Virus record (IMG/VR): IMGVR_UViG_3300032242_000206
Location: 1 to 29,779 of that record
Reading direction: 5' to 3' (one strand)
Source of the DNA: a virus
Lineage: Duplodnaviria; Caudoviricetes
DNA: 29,779 bases
Position numbers and translations under genes: made by a program. Of this stretch, positions 1 through 9,957 are shown piece after piece; within the stretch, counting starts at the first letter, position 1; each line of letters starts with the position of its first letter. The notes under the pieces are model-generated. The model was given only the letters and a program-made list of their open reading frames with translations. It was not told the origin of the DNA and ran no database searches.

Positions 1-1278
1 AGTACAGTACAAGTAAAACTACAAGAATCAGTATCTGTTAAAGATTTTGGTGCTAAAGGTGATGGGACTACAGATGACACAACAGCAATTAAAAATGCTT
101 TAGCTTATGTTATTGGAACTGGCGTTCCTGGAGAAGTTATATTTCCTGCAGGCACTTACAAATGCACTTCAGGAATAACAATTGATACTGCTTATATAAC
201 TGTAATTGGTTATGCCGCTACTTTGAATTTTTCAACAATGACAAGTGGAGTTGCAATTACCTTTTATGGTGATACTTTAACTCCAGTATCAGGTGGAACA
301 GGATTTGGGAATGCAAACAAATATTTTTCAGGATTGCAAATTCTTGGCAATAGTTATTCTGGTAGTGTAATCGGAATGAGTTTTAATGGAAATGCCGCAA
401 ATACTGCCGCTTGCCATTATCAAGTCAGAAATTGTGTTGTTATTAATTTTGGGACAGGAATACAGATAAGTTATAACGCTTATATTTTGTCCTTTGATGC
501 TGTTGAAGTTAATAATTGTGGAAGTTGTCTTATATTGCCTTCAGCCGCTTCTACCAATGCTGGTGAAAGAATTACATTTACAAATAGTGCTTTTTACAAT
601 TCAGTAAATGGAATTTCTTTACAAAATGCAAATGCAGATGTTTATTTATTTGGTTGCACCATAGATGGAATGTCAGGCATATATTTTTATGTTACCTGTG
701 GTGTATTGAATATTTATGGATGCCATATAGAAGGAAATATTGGGTCTGCAAGAGTTCTTTGGAATGATAATTCAAGTAGTGGATCAACTGCTTATATTTC
801 TATTTATGGTGGTTCTTTTGTTTTAAAAACAAGTAGAACTGTTGCTATATTCCAATTTGATGGCCCAAGTGAGTTTTTGTTAGCTGGTTCATTAGTAAAT
901 GATTCCACATCTAGTTCTACCACAATTATGCAAGGTGCTGGATCAGGAATGGCAACTATTACAGGAACTACATTGCTATCTAATGGTGGTGCATCATTAA
1001 GTTCTTTATCTGGAATGTACACAAATTTCAGCTATTTAGGACTTGGTAACAATGGTAATATTTCCTTTGGTCAAACCATAAATTCTTCTATCTTAAATGT
1101 ATCAAAGACACTAGGACTTGGGACTTATACTGTTGCAACATTGCCAACTGCTGGAACTGCTGGTAGAACTGCTTATGTTACAGATGCAACAACTCCAACA
1201 TTTTTGGGTGCTTTAACTGGTGGAGGTTCAGTTAAATGCCCTGTATTTGACAATGGTTCTGCTTGGGTTGCAGGATAA
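1..1278 (+). CDS. Tailspike/tail fibre with pectate-lyase-3-like beta-helix (5' end truncated by window)
   Basis: Frame is open from base 1 (STVQVKLQESVSVKDFGAKGDGTTDDTTAI...FPAGTY), the typical start of a beta-helix tailspike domain, so the track start at 223 is internal. Asn/Gly/Ser-rich body; C-terminal YTVATLP...AYVTDA module. Confidence 0.85.
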   Translation, partial: STVQVKLQESVSVKDFGAKGDGTTDDTTAIKNALAYVIGTGVPGEVIFPAGTYKCTSGITIDTAYITVIGYAATLNFSTMTSGVAITFYGDTLTPVSGGTGFGNANKYFSGLQILGNSYSGSVIGMSFNGNAANTAACHYQVRNCVVINFGTGIQISYNAYILSFDAVEVNNCGSCLILPSAASTNAGERITFTNSAFYNSVNGISLQNANADVYLFGCTIDGMSGIYFYVTCGVLNIYGCHIEGNIGSARVLWNDNSSSGSTAYISIYGGSFVLKTSRTVAIFQFDGPSEFLLAGSLVNDSTSSSTTIMQGAGSGMATITGTTLLSNGGASLSSLSGMYTNFSYLGLGNNGNISFGQTINSSILNVSKTLGLGTYTVATLPTAGTAGRTAYVTDATTPTFLGALTGGGSVKCPVFDNGSAWVAG

Positions 1279-1290
1279 TAAGGTTAAAAA

Positions 1291-2268
1291 ATGACTACAC
1301 CAAATGACATCATTAGTAGAGCATTAAAAGATATTGGCGCTTTAGAAGCTGGTGAAAATCCAACTGCAGAAGCAAGTCAAGATGCTTTTGATATGTTGCA
1401 AGATATGTTAGACCAATGGTCTAATGAAGACATGATGGTGTTTTACAAAAATGAAATTATATTTCCTATTACACCTGGTCAAACTCAATACACTATTGGC
1501 CCAGGCGGTCAAATTGGTGCAACATTTACTGGAAGTATTGCTAATAATATTCTCACTATTACTAGCATCCAGTCTGGGGGCATATCTCTTGGTCAAACTC
1601 TTAGCGGAACTGGTATTACAGCGGGGACTACTATTGTTCAAATGCTCACAGGGGCGGGAAACAATGTAAATGAGGCTGGTACTTATTTATTAAATACAAC
1701 TTATGCAACTCCTATAACAAGCGAGTCAATTCGTAGTTATTATCAACGTCCACTTAGACTAAATTCTTGTTTTGTCAGAATTAACACTTATTCCAATGGT
1801 CAACCCATCACAAATGGCGGTTTAGATTACCCAGTTTCTGTGCTTAATATTGAGCAATATGAAATGATTGGTCTTAAGACGTTAAATGGGCCTTGGCCTA
1901 AAGCTATTTACTACGAACCAACGGAAACATTGGGTAATATTTATGTGTGGCCTAATCCTAGTCAGGGCGAGATGCACATATTTGTAGATCAATTGTTTCA
2001 AAGATTTACAACACAATTTGACAATATCAATCTTCCCCAAGGCTACAACATGGCTTTGAGGTGGTGTCTGGCAGAACGATTAATGCCTATGTACGGAAAG
2101 GCAAGTCCTACGCAAATACAAATGATTATGAAGTTTGCAGCGCAATCTAAGTCTACAGTAAAACGCACAAACATGAATCCAGCGATTGTTTCTACATACG
2201 CAGATTCATTGTTGGTTGGCAGACAGAAGGATGCAGGATGGATTTTATCTGGTGGGTTCTTTAGATGA
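1291..2268 (+). CDS. P22 gp4-like head-to-tail adaptor, with an internal beta-rich insertion
   Basis: N-terminus MTTPNDIISRALKDIGAL..GE.PTAE..QDAFDML..MLDQW and C-terminal LPQGY..ALRWCLAERL.P.YG resemble this family; lies directly before the gp10-like gene. Confidence 0.7.
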   Translation: MTTPNDIISRALKDIGALEAGENPTAEASQDAFDMLQDMLDQWSNEDMMVFYKNEIIFPITPGQTQYTIGPGGQIGATFTGSIANNILTITSIQSGGISLGQTLSGTGITAGTTIVQMLTGAGNNVNEAGTYLLNTTYATPITSESIRSYYQRPLRLNSCFVRINTYSNGQPITNGGLDYPVSVLNIEQYEMIGLKTLNGPWPKAIYYEPTETLGNIYVWPNPSQGEMHIFVDQLFQRFTTQFDNINLPQGYNMALRWCLAERLMPMYGKASPTQIQMIMKFAAQSKSTVKRTNMNPAIVSTYADSLLVGRQKDAGWILSGGFFR

Positions 2269-3734
2269 GCGATTTTGGCTTTGTTGGACCATCTTATGAA
2301 GCAGCTTCTATTTATCAAGAAGCGCAAGAGTGCATTAATTTCTATCCTGAAATTGATCCACTAAAACCGCCTGGTAGTAGGGGCGTGGTGGCGCTTTATC
2401 CAACTCCAGGGCTAACGTCTATACTTCAGTTAAATAATGCACCTGTGCGTGGTATGCGTACTTTAAGTGGTGGTAAGTATTTAATTGTTGTTGTTGGCTC
2501 AATTGTTTATTCAGTTACTTATTCTGGTAGTTATGTATCTACTCAAATAGGTACGTTATCTACAAGCACAGGTTATGTATCAATCACAGATAACATAATG
2601 ACTAATACAGGCTTAAATGCTTACATTGTTGATGGTGTTAATAGGTATTATTGGGTTGCATCTACAAATTCATTTAATACTTTGCCAAGCTCAGATGGGC
2701 CGTGGAAAGGGGCAAATGTTTGTGATGTTGTTGATAACTACATTATTTACAACCAACCTGGCACACAGTTGTGGGCTGCGACAGACTTGGGGTTAGTCAC
2801 ATCCACTAATGCTTATTATGGTTCTAAAGATGGTGCTCCAGACCCACTTGTATCTTTAATCGTAGATCACAGACAAGTATTTTTGCTTGGCGAATTTACC
2901 GCTGAAATGTGGACAGATGTAGGTAATGTAATTCCTGGCATTATTAGTTTTCCATTTCAAAGGGTTACAGGAACATCTGTACAACATGGCATTGCAGCGC
3001 CTTTTAGCGTGGCTAGATTTGGCGAACAATTTGCATTTGTAAGCCAAGACTACAGAGGTCAAGCCGTTATTGGTGTTATGCAAGGCTATTCTTTCAAAAG
3101 AATTTCTACCCATGCTGTAGAACAAACTTTAATGAACCAATACATTGCGGATGCTGTGGCTTACACATACCAGCTCGATGGGCATGAATTTTATGTGGTT
3201 ACATTCCCTAGTATTAATATTACATGGGTATATGATTTAACGACAGAAATGTGGCACAAATGGCTATCTTGGGATGGTCAGCAATTTAATCGTCACAGAT
3301 CAAACTGCGGTGCAATATTTAATAATGTGTATTTGGTTGGTGATTATGCCAATGGACAAATATATCAATTAGACAATGCTGTATATACAGAAGCAGGGAA
3401 TACAATTAGAAGGCTTAGAAGATGTCCACATTTGGTATCAGATTTGCAAAGACAATATTTTGCTGAATTACAGATACAGTTTCAACCTGGAGTTGGATTA
3501 GAAACTGGGCAAGGTCAGAATCCACAAGCTATGCTTAGATGGTCAAATGATGGTGGTTCTACCTATTCAAATGAACATTGGTGTACGATTGGTAAGGTGG
3601 GTAAATACAGAAATCGTGCTATTTGGCGTAGATTGGGTACTGCCAGAGACAGAATTTATGAGGTTAGTATTAGCGATCCAGTAAAAGCGGTAATAGTGAG
3701 CGCCAACCTTAAAGCAGAAGTGGGTGAAAACTAA
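2265..3734 (+). CDS. P22 gp10-like packaged-DNA stabilization protein (tail hub)
   Basis: 489 aa; QECINFYPE, RISTHAVEQ, YQLDGHEFYVVTFP, MLRWSNDGG, WRRLG..RDRIYEVSISDPVK motifs; synteny. Confidence 0.85.
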   Translation: MSDFGFVGPSYEAASIYQEAQECINFYPEIDPLKPPGSRGVVALYPTPGLTSILQLNNAPVRGMRTLSGGKYLIVVVGSIVYSVTYSGSYVSTQIGTLSTSTGYVSITDNIMTNTGLNAYIVDGVNRYYWVASTNSFNTLPSSDGPWKGANVCDVVDNYIIYNQPGTQLWAATDLGLVTSTNAYYGSKDGAPDPLVSLIVDHRQVFLLGEFTAEMWTDVGNVIPGIISFPFQRVTGTSVQHGIAAPFSVARFGEQFAFVSQDYRGQAVIGVMQGYSFKRISTHAVEQTLMNQYIADAVAYTYQLDGHEFYVVTFPSINITWVYDLTTEMWHKWLSWDGQQFNRHRSNCGAIFNNVYLVGDYANGQIYQLDNAVYTEAGNTIRRLRRCPHLVSDLQRQYFAELQIQFQPGVGLETGQGQNPQAMLRWSNDGGSTYSNEHWCTIGKVGKYRNRAIWRRLGTARDRIYEVSISDPVKAVIVSANLKAEVGEN

Positions 3735-3979
3735 TGGCAACATCTAGTTCTAGCGGTAATATTATTTGGCCTAGAGTGCCATTTATTGATCCTAGTTCTG
3801 GTCAACCTGCTTTGCCTTGGTTATTGTGGTTACAAAGCCCTAATTTTGTTAGTATAAAGACTGGACAACAGACAATTCAAGGTAATCAAGAAATCACAGG
3901 AAATTCTGTAATTGATGGTAATGAGACTGTAAAAGGCACTTTGACTGCTTTGGGTGGTATTTCAGGAGGTACATTTTGA
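3734..3979 (+). CDS. Small virion protein, possible tail needle/plug (gp26 position)
   Basis: Coupled to the gp10-like gene (TAATG); short GN-x-x-(I/V) repeats. Function inferred from position only. Confidence 0.45.
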   Translation: MATSSSSGNIIWPRVPFIDPSSGQPALPWLLWLQSPNFVSIKTGQQTIQGNQEITGNSVIDGNETVKGTLTALGGISGGTF

Positions 3980-4326
3980 ATCACGCGGATATTTTTAGGC
4001 AAATGAAAGGTCACATGGAAGTTGATTTAGGCACAATCCATCATTTTTCAGATGGTGTTTATGCTAAAGAAATGGCAATACCTAAAGGTTTTCTTGTTGG
4101 TCAGCATATGCACAAATATTCACATTTGAGTATTTTGAGCAAAGGTAAAGTAATTTTACGCACAGACATAAGCGAAAAAGAATATAGCGCTCCAGCGTGT
4201 ATAGAGATAAAATCGGGGTTACACCACTCGATTGAAGCGTTGGAAGACTCAATTTGGTATTGCATCCATGCTACGGACGAAAAAGATGCGTCTAAAGTGG
4301 ATGACGTTTTAATTCAAAGGGGATAA
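3976..4326 (+). CDS. Cupin-fold protein
   Basis: HHFSDGVYAKE...GQHMHKYSHLSILSKG...HHSIEALEDSIWYCIH, a cupin-like His pattern; GGAGG RBS before a TTG start. Confidence 0.7.
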   Translation: MNHADIFRQMKGHMEVDLGTIHHFSDGVYAKEMAIPKGFLVGQHMHKYSHLSILSKGKVILRTDISEKEYSAPACIEIKSGLHHSIEALEDSIWYCIHATDEKDASKVDDVLIQRG

Positions 4327-4328
4327 TT

Positions 4329-5129
4329 ATGCCTATAGGATGGGGAATAGCAGCCGCTGCGGGGCTAGGATTAATTGGTGCTAATAAACAGGCAAGTGCA
4401 GCTACAGCTGCGGCTAATACACAAGCACAGGCATCTGAATCTGCACAAAATCAATTACAACAAAACTTCCAGACATTAGCGCCTAATTACACTCCTTATT
4501 TACAAACTGGTCAGGCGGGTTTAGCTAATTTAAACGCTGCAATGCCTAGTTTAACTGCTCAACAACCAGCATACAAACCTTTCACGGCACAAGATTTAAA
4601 TGCTAATCTAGCGCCTAATTATCAGTTTATGTTGCAACAAGGCTTGGGCGCACAAAGTCAAGGATTAAATGCTAGTGGTGGAGGTTCTAACATCGGAATT
4701 GCTGGTACTAAGTTTGCAGAAGACTATGCTTCTAATGCGTATCAAAATGCTTTACAAAACTACATGGGTCAACAAAACCAAGCATTTAATCAATCACAAA
4801 CACAACAAACAAATATATACAACAAATTGCTTGGCATAGCTGGAGTTGGTCAAAACGCTGTATCTGGATTGTCTAATCTTGCCACAGGTAATGCCACTAA
4901 CATTGCTAATCTTGGAGTTGGCTCTGCTAATGCGGTCGCACAAGGACAAGTCGGAAGTGCTGCAGCTCAAGCGCAAGGATTAAATAGTATTGGTCAAGGT
5001 GTTACATTGGCTTCTATTTTAAACCCGGCTAATGCTGGTGGAACTAATGTAACTGGAGCAAATGGAATTTCAAATTATTTTAATAATAATACTAGCTCAA
5101 CTCCATCTTGGTGGAATTCTCAAGGATAA
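4329..5129 (+). CDS. DNA ejection protein, gp7-like
   Basis: Hydrophobic Gly/Ala N-terminus, Ala/Gln/Asn/Gly-rich body, PY...G and PNYQF..QQG motifs; first of three ejection-module genes. Confidence 0.7.
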   Translation: MPIGWGIAAAAGLGLIGANKQASAATAAANTQAQASESAQNQLQQNFQTLAPNYTPYLQTGQAGLANLNAAMPSLTAQQPAYKPFTAQDLNANLAPNYQFMLQQGLGAQSQGLNASGGGSNIGIAGTKFAEDYASNAYQNALQNYMGQQNQAFNQSQTQQTNIYNKLLGIAGVGQNAVSGLSNLATGNATNIANLGVGSANAVAQGQVGSAAAQAQGLNSIGQGVTLASILNPANAGGTNVTGANGISNYFNNNTSSTPSWWNSQG

Positions 5130-5131
5130 AT

Positions 5132-6433
5132 ATGGCTATTCAATCATTCCAGGCACCAGTTACTACACCAGTTAAAGGCACATCTTTAGCAGAGATGATG
5201 CAGATGGCGCAGTCTGCCCAAGCATTGCAACAGGCTCGTCAATTAAATCCTTTACAACTTCAACAAGCAGAACAGGCATTAGAACAGGCAAAGATTGGAA
5301 CTGAAAAAGCTAGAAGAACACTAGAGCCAGAAGTTTCTAAATCTGAATCTGAAGCTAAAAGACTTAAACTGGTTGCAGAACAAACTGGTGTTGATGTTAC
5401 AAATCATTATGCGAACATTGCTCGTGGAGTTTATGGCGGTCTGCTGACTGATCCAGACTTTCAAAAAGGCGATGCAAAGAAAATGGTAGAAAAGCTAGAT
5501 AAAGCAAAAGTGTTTTTAGAAGATGTTGGTATTCCAATGCACGATTCTAAAATGCACGATTCTTTAATCCAAGCAGCCAAAACTAATCCTAAAGAAGCAT
5601 ATCAGTTGATTAAAAATGGTGTTCAACAAGCTGGTACAAATGCCGAGCAGTTTGGTCAAGTCAATGCTCCTGCTACATATGTCAATACTGGTCAAATGCA
5701 AGTGCCTATTTATCAGTCACCATATCAAGGCGGTGGGCCAGGAAATACTCCTGCAATTCAAAATCAATTGCCTCCATCAACTTTAACAATAAGTCCAACT
5801 GGGCAACCTGGTTATCTTGGCGCACAGGGACCAAAAGGATTTGTGCCTAGTCAATTACCTCCAAATGCAGGAGTTGGTGCAGAAGATTTAAAACAAGTAT
5901 TTTCTGATGCACAAACAGCACAAAACAGAATTGGTTTATTGCAAAACATTAAAGACTTGGCAAATAAATCATTTACTGGTGTTGGCGGTTCAAGAAAAGA
6001 ATTTGTTACTGGCATAGCAAATGCAATTGGCGTACCTGTGTTTGAAATTGAAAAAGCTAACACAGATGTATTGGCTAAAAATTCTGCACTTCTTTCACTT
6101 GCTGGTGGAAATACCGATTTGGCAAGACAACTTGCTGAAGCTGCAAATCCAAATAAGAAAATGAATGTTGAAGCAATTAAAGAAGCATCTAATCAATTAA
6201 TTGCACAAGAAAGATTAAAACAGAAAAAAGCTGAATTTTTACAACCTTTTGCAAATGACCCATTAACATTACAACAAAAATCATTAGAATTTGCAAAAAT
6301 AGCTGATCCTAGATTGTTACAAGAAATGACTCCAGAACAAGTTAAATCTTTAAAACAATCTATGAGTCCTGATGAACGTAAAGAGTTTGCACAAAAACTA
6401 GCAGAAGCTAGAAGATTAGGATTGGTCAAATAA
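5132..6433 (+). CDS. DNA ejection protein, gp20-like
   Basis: ATG at 5132 preceded by AAGGA; helical, Gln-rich; lies between the gp7-like and gp16-like genes. Confidence 0.6.
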   Translation: MAIQSFQAPVTTPVKGTSLAEMMQMAQSAQALQQARQLNPLQLQQAEQALEQAKIGTEKARRTLEPEVSKSESEAKRLKLVAEQTGVDVTNHYANIARGVYGGLLTDPDFQKGDAKKMVEKLDKAKVFLEDVGIPMHDSKMHDSLIQAAKTNPKEAYQLIKNGVQQAGTNAEQFGQVNAPATYVNTGQMQVPIYQSPYQGGGPGNTPAIQNQLPPSTLTISPTGQPGYLGAQGPKGFVPSQLPPNAGVGAEDLKQVFSDAQTAQNRIGLLQNIKDLANKSFTGVGGSRKEFVTGIANAIGVPVFEIEKANTDVLAKNSALLSLAGGNTDLARQLAEAANPNKKMNVEAIKEASNQLIAQERLKQKKAEFLQPFANDPLTLQQKSLEFAKIADPRLLQEMTPEQVKSLKQSMSPDERKEFAQKLAEARRLGLVK

Positions 6434-8592
6434 TGCCTACATTAGCAGAACTTTGGGATGCTTCAGATACTGGTCTTAAAGGCGATTTAAATGATCGTCT
6501 TGAACAAGCTAAAGAAGCCTATCGTAAGCAATATAACAAAGAATTGCCTGTTACAAGTGGTTTTCGTACTTATGAACAACAAGCTGCTCTAGCATCAAAA
6601 CCTAATAAGTATCCTGTTGCTAAACCAGGCACAAGCGCCCACGAAACTGGGGATGCAGTAGATATTGACTCAAGTGTTCCAACAGACTTTCTTAAACAGT
6701 TTGGTTTGCATAGACCTATTGCCAATGATGCGGTTCACGTTCAAGTTATGCCTAGCGCCAAAGGCACACAATCATTGGCTAGTCTTTGGGATCAAATTGA
6801 CGTTGGTGAGGAACAACCCAAGAAGCAACAACAAGAAAAATCTTTATTGCAACGTGCTTTTGAGGAAAGACAAAAAGCTCGGGATGTATTAACAGGAGTT
6901 GGAGAAGCTGGTCTTGCTGCAGCTTCAGGCATGGTTATGCCTTTGGTTGCTGGAGCAAAAGGAATTGTGCAAAGTATTCCCGAAGCTATTCAAACAGGTC
7001 AAGCTCCTGCGCCAATAGCAGAAAAGATTGCATCTAAGTTTTTAGCAGAGCATCCAGGCTATCAACCAACAACCCCACAAGGTAAAGCATATATTGAAAA
7101 TATACAAAAGGCTTTTGAGGCTTCTAAATTGCCTCCTGTTATGCCAGAAATTATTGGTCAAGCACCAAATGTAAAGCCTGTAACTACTGAAATCAATGAG
7201 GCTTTTCAAGCTGCCAAACAACTTAAGAAAGAACCAACAACATTACCTCAAGCGCAACAATTGGCTATGCAAAATGCAGGGGCAGCGCAAACAGTTAACA
7301 AGACTGTTCTTGACCAAGCAATTTCAAGCGCAACTCCAGAATTGGCTGCAGAACTTAAAACTGTTAATCCTGCTGATTTACATTCGGATGCGTTGGCTAG
7401 GCATTTGGAAGCAGATTCTTTACCGATTCCTGTACGTCTTACCAAAGGTCAAGCATTGCAAGACCCAAATATTATTTCTAGGGAACGTAATGAGCGTGGC
7501 GTTAAAGAGCAATATGTAGAACACTTTAATCAGCAAAACAAAGATTTAATGGCTAATGCTCAAGCTATTAAAGAGCGCACAGCTCCAAATGTGTTTACTA
7601 CTGATTACGTTGATGATGCAGGAAATGCTATTGGTTTTGTAAATGACATTAAGAAAAACAATGTTGAAGCAACAAAAACTGCTTACAAAGATTTAGAAGC
7701 ATTAGGTGGTGGAAAGTTCCCTATTGATGCACAAACATTTGGTAAAAATGCTTTGTCTGCATTGTCCAAGGGTGAGGAATCTGAGTTTCTGCCTGAAGTT
7801 TTCAAACGCAGAATAGATGAATATGCAAGTGGCAAAAAAGAAATGAACTTTGACAACTTTGAGAATTTGCGTACACAAATTGCCAAAGCATCAAGAGCTA
7901 CAGATGATGGCAACGTGCGCCATGCGTTAAGCGTTGTTAGACAGGAATTAGAAGATATACCTATGCCTAGCGCGACTGCTGAACTTAAAACTGCAGCGGA
8001 CAATGCTAGAAGTTTAGCGAAACACGATTTTGAACTAGAAAAAACTAACGATTTATATAACAAAGTTGTTAATGGCAAAGCGGATACAAAAGACTTTATA
8101 CAAAATTTTGTTGTAAGGTCTAAAAATGCCGATTTTCAGAATTCACTTAATTTATTAAAAGACAATCCACAAGCCATTGAGCATTTGCGTTCTGGCACAT
8201 TGGATTATTTAACTCGTGAAGCCACAGATGCAAGTGGTAATTTTTCTACTGCTAAATTCAATAAAGCTATTAACAAAATGGATGTTGACGGCAAATTGGA
8301 TGCTTTGTTTGGCGGTGATGCACAAATGTTGCGTAATCTGGTCAAAACTGGTCAATATGTAGAGGCTAGACCAAGGGGCGCATTTGTTAACGAATCCAAC
8401 ACATTTGTTGCAGGAGCAAAGGCTCTTGCAGCATCTGGACTAGAAAAAGCGTTAAATGCCACAACTGCCAATGTTGTACCTATTGGAACAATGGGCAGAG
8501 AAGCATTACAAAATCGTGCAATCAAGCAACAAACCAAAGAAGCGCTAAAACCTGGTGCTGGTGTTAAATTATCTGAAATAGGAAAGCCATGA
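6433..8592 (+). CDS. DNA ejection protein, gp16-like, with N-terminal peptidase M15 (peptidoglycan hydrolase) domain
   Basis: VTSGFRTYEQQ...PGTSAHETGDAVDI...DAVHVQ gives the SxHxxGxAxD plus distal His Zn ligands of M15; long helical remainder. Confidence 0.75.
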   Translation: MPTLAELWDASDTGLKGDLNDRLEQAKEAYRKQYNKELPVTSGFRTYEQQAALASKPNKYPVAKPGTSAHETGDAVDIDSSVPTDFLKQFGLHRPIANDAVHVQVMPSAKGTQSLASLWDQIDVGEEQPKKQQQEKSLLQRAFEERQKARDVLTGVGEAGLAAASGMVMPLVAGAKGIVQSIPEAIQTGQAPAPIAEKIASKFLAEHPGYQPTTPQGKAYIENIQKAFEASKLPPVMPEIIGQAPNVKPVTTEINEAFQAAKQLKKEPTTLPQAQQLAMQNAGAAQTVNKTVLDQAISSATPELAAELKTVNPADLHSDALARHLEADSLPIPVRLTKGQALQDPNIISRERNERGVKEQYVEHFNQQNKDLMANAQAIKERTAPNVFTTDYVDDAGNAIGFVNDIKKNNVEATKTAYKDLEALGGGKFPIDAQTFGKNALSALSKGEESEFLPEVFKRRIDEYASGKKEMNFDNFENLRTQIAKASRATDDGNVRHALSVVRQELEDIPMPSATAELKTAADNARSLAKHDFELEKTNDLYNKVVNGKADTKDFIQNFVVRSKNADFQNSLNLLKDNPQAIEHLRSGTLDYLTREATDASGNFSTAKFNKAINKMDVDGKLDALFGGDAQMLRNLVKTGQYVEARPRGAFVNESNTFVAGAKALAASGLEKALNATTANVVPIGTMGREALQNRAIKQQTKEALKPGAGVKLSEIGKP

Positions 8593-8804
8593 GTACCGAA
8601 TCACCAATTGACATGTTTAAGTACGGACAGTTGGTCGCAACTGTTGAAACTCTTGAAAAGAAGATCGACAAACTTGAGGCTTCCGTTTGCCAATTGGTCG
8701 AACTTGCGAACCGATCCAAAGGTGGGTTTTGGGTTGGCATGATGGTTGTATCTGCTGTCAGTTCTTTTATTGGTTTTATTGTCCATTTCCTGACGGGGAA
8801 ATAA
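8589..8804 (+). CDS. Small membrane protein (coiled coil plus C-terminal TM), holin/XhlA-like
   Basis: LEKKIDKLE coiled coil then GGFWVGMMVVSAVSSFIGFIVHF; first gene of the lysis cassette. Confidence 0.6.
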   Translation: MSTESPIDMFKYGQLVATVETLEKKIDKLEASVCQLVELANRSKGGFWVGMMVVSAVSSFIGFIVHFLTGK

Positions 8805-8826
8805 AATCGATCCCTTTACCCTAGCA

Positions 8827-9452
8827 ATGATGGCTTTCTCTGCTGTAAAAAGCGGAGTGGCTGCTTACAAGGAAATTAAATCTACTGGCGGTGAAGTAGT
8901 CAAGATTGTCAATGAGTTGGGTGGGGCGCTTGGTAGTTTCTTTGACCATCAAGAAAAAGCGCACAAGGAAGCGGAAGAACAGAAAAAGAATCCTCCTAAG
9001 GGTAAGTCATTACAGGCTATTGCACTTGAGAATGTACTGCGTAGGAAGCAATTAGAACAGGCTGAGTACGATCTAAGGCAGATGTTGGTATATGAATCAC
9101 CTCCTGAACTTGGTGCTGTATGGACAGAATTTGTAGCAGAACGTCAAAAATTAACGACAGAACAAGCAAAACATAACGCTATATTAAAAAAAAAGAACAA
9201 GCTAACGAAAGAAGAAGAGCTGAACGGCTGGAGAAATGGAATATTAGAATTGCAATTTGTGTTGCGATCTTGGTGGTCATCCTCACATTTGCAGTATTAA
9301 TGTATGAGATTAATCAAGATTACAAAAACAAGAAAAGCGGACAAGACTGGCACATCATGTTTATGAAACACTATTATGACGACTCAATAAACGCAGAATG
9401 TGAGCATTTATTCAGACAGACAGGCTATTGGCCTAAATATTGTAAGGACTGA
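8827..9452 (+). CDS. Lysis-cassette coiled-coil protein: frame-0 product ends at 9300, -1 frameshift product with a TM helix ends at 9452
   Basis: ORFs 8827-9300 and 9270-9452 are joined by a -1 shift at the A9G run 9186-9195. The start may be upstream at ATC 8806. Confidence 0.65.
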
Positions 9453-9453
9453 C

Positions 9454-9957
9454 ATGGATTGGCTTAAAACAATTGAACAACTAGCCCCGACAATTGCCTC
9501 AGCATTGGGAACTCCAGTTGCGGGTATGGCGGTATCTGCGCTTGAATCTGCGTTGGGCATGAAGTCTGAGGACATTCAAAAGAACATTGAGGACAGTAAA
9601 TTAACTGCAGAACAAGTTGCATCTATACAACAAGCTGAGATTGCGTTAAAAGCTAAAGCGCAAGAGTTGGGTTTGAACTTTGAACAAATGGCGGTTCAGG
9701 ACAGGAAATCTGCTCGTGATCTGCAGCAAAGCACCCATTCTTTTATACCTCCTGTTTTAGCTGTGTTGGTTACATTTGGATTCTTTGGTATATTGGTAGG
9801 GCTGATGATGGAGACATTTAAAACATCTGATGCTTTGCTTTTGATGCTGGGTTCGCTTGGAACTGCATGGACGGCAATCATGTCTTTTTATTTTGGTAGC
9901 TCTGCAGGCTCACAAGCCAAGGATGCTATGTTACATAACTCACAACCAACAAAATGA
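9454..9957 (+). CDS. Holin-like membrane protein (3TM holin-like)
   Basis: ATG 9454 with AAGGA RBS; APTIASALGTP.AG, DRKSARD, two TM segments, SFYFGSS motif; directly upstream of the endolysin. Confidence 0.7.
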   Translation: MDWLKTIEQLAPTIASALGTPVAGMAVSALESALGMKSEDIQKNIEDSKLTAEQVASIQQAEIALKAKAQELGLNFEQMAVQDRKSARDLQQSTHSFIPPVLAVLVTFGFFGILVGLMMETFKTSDALLLMLGSLGTAWTAIMSFYFGSSAGSQAKDAMLHNSQPTK

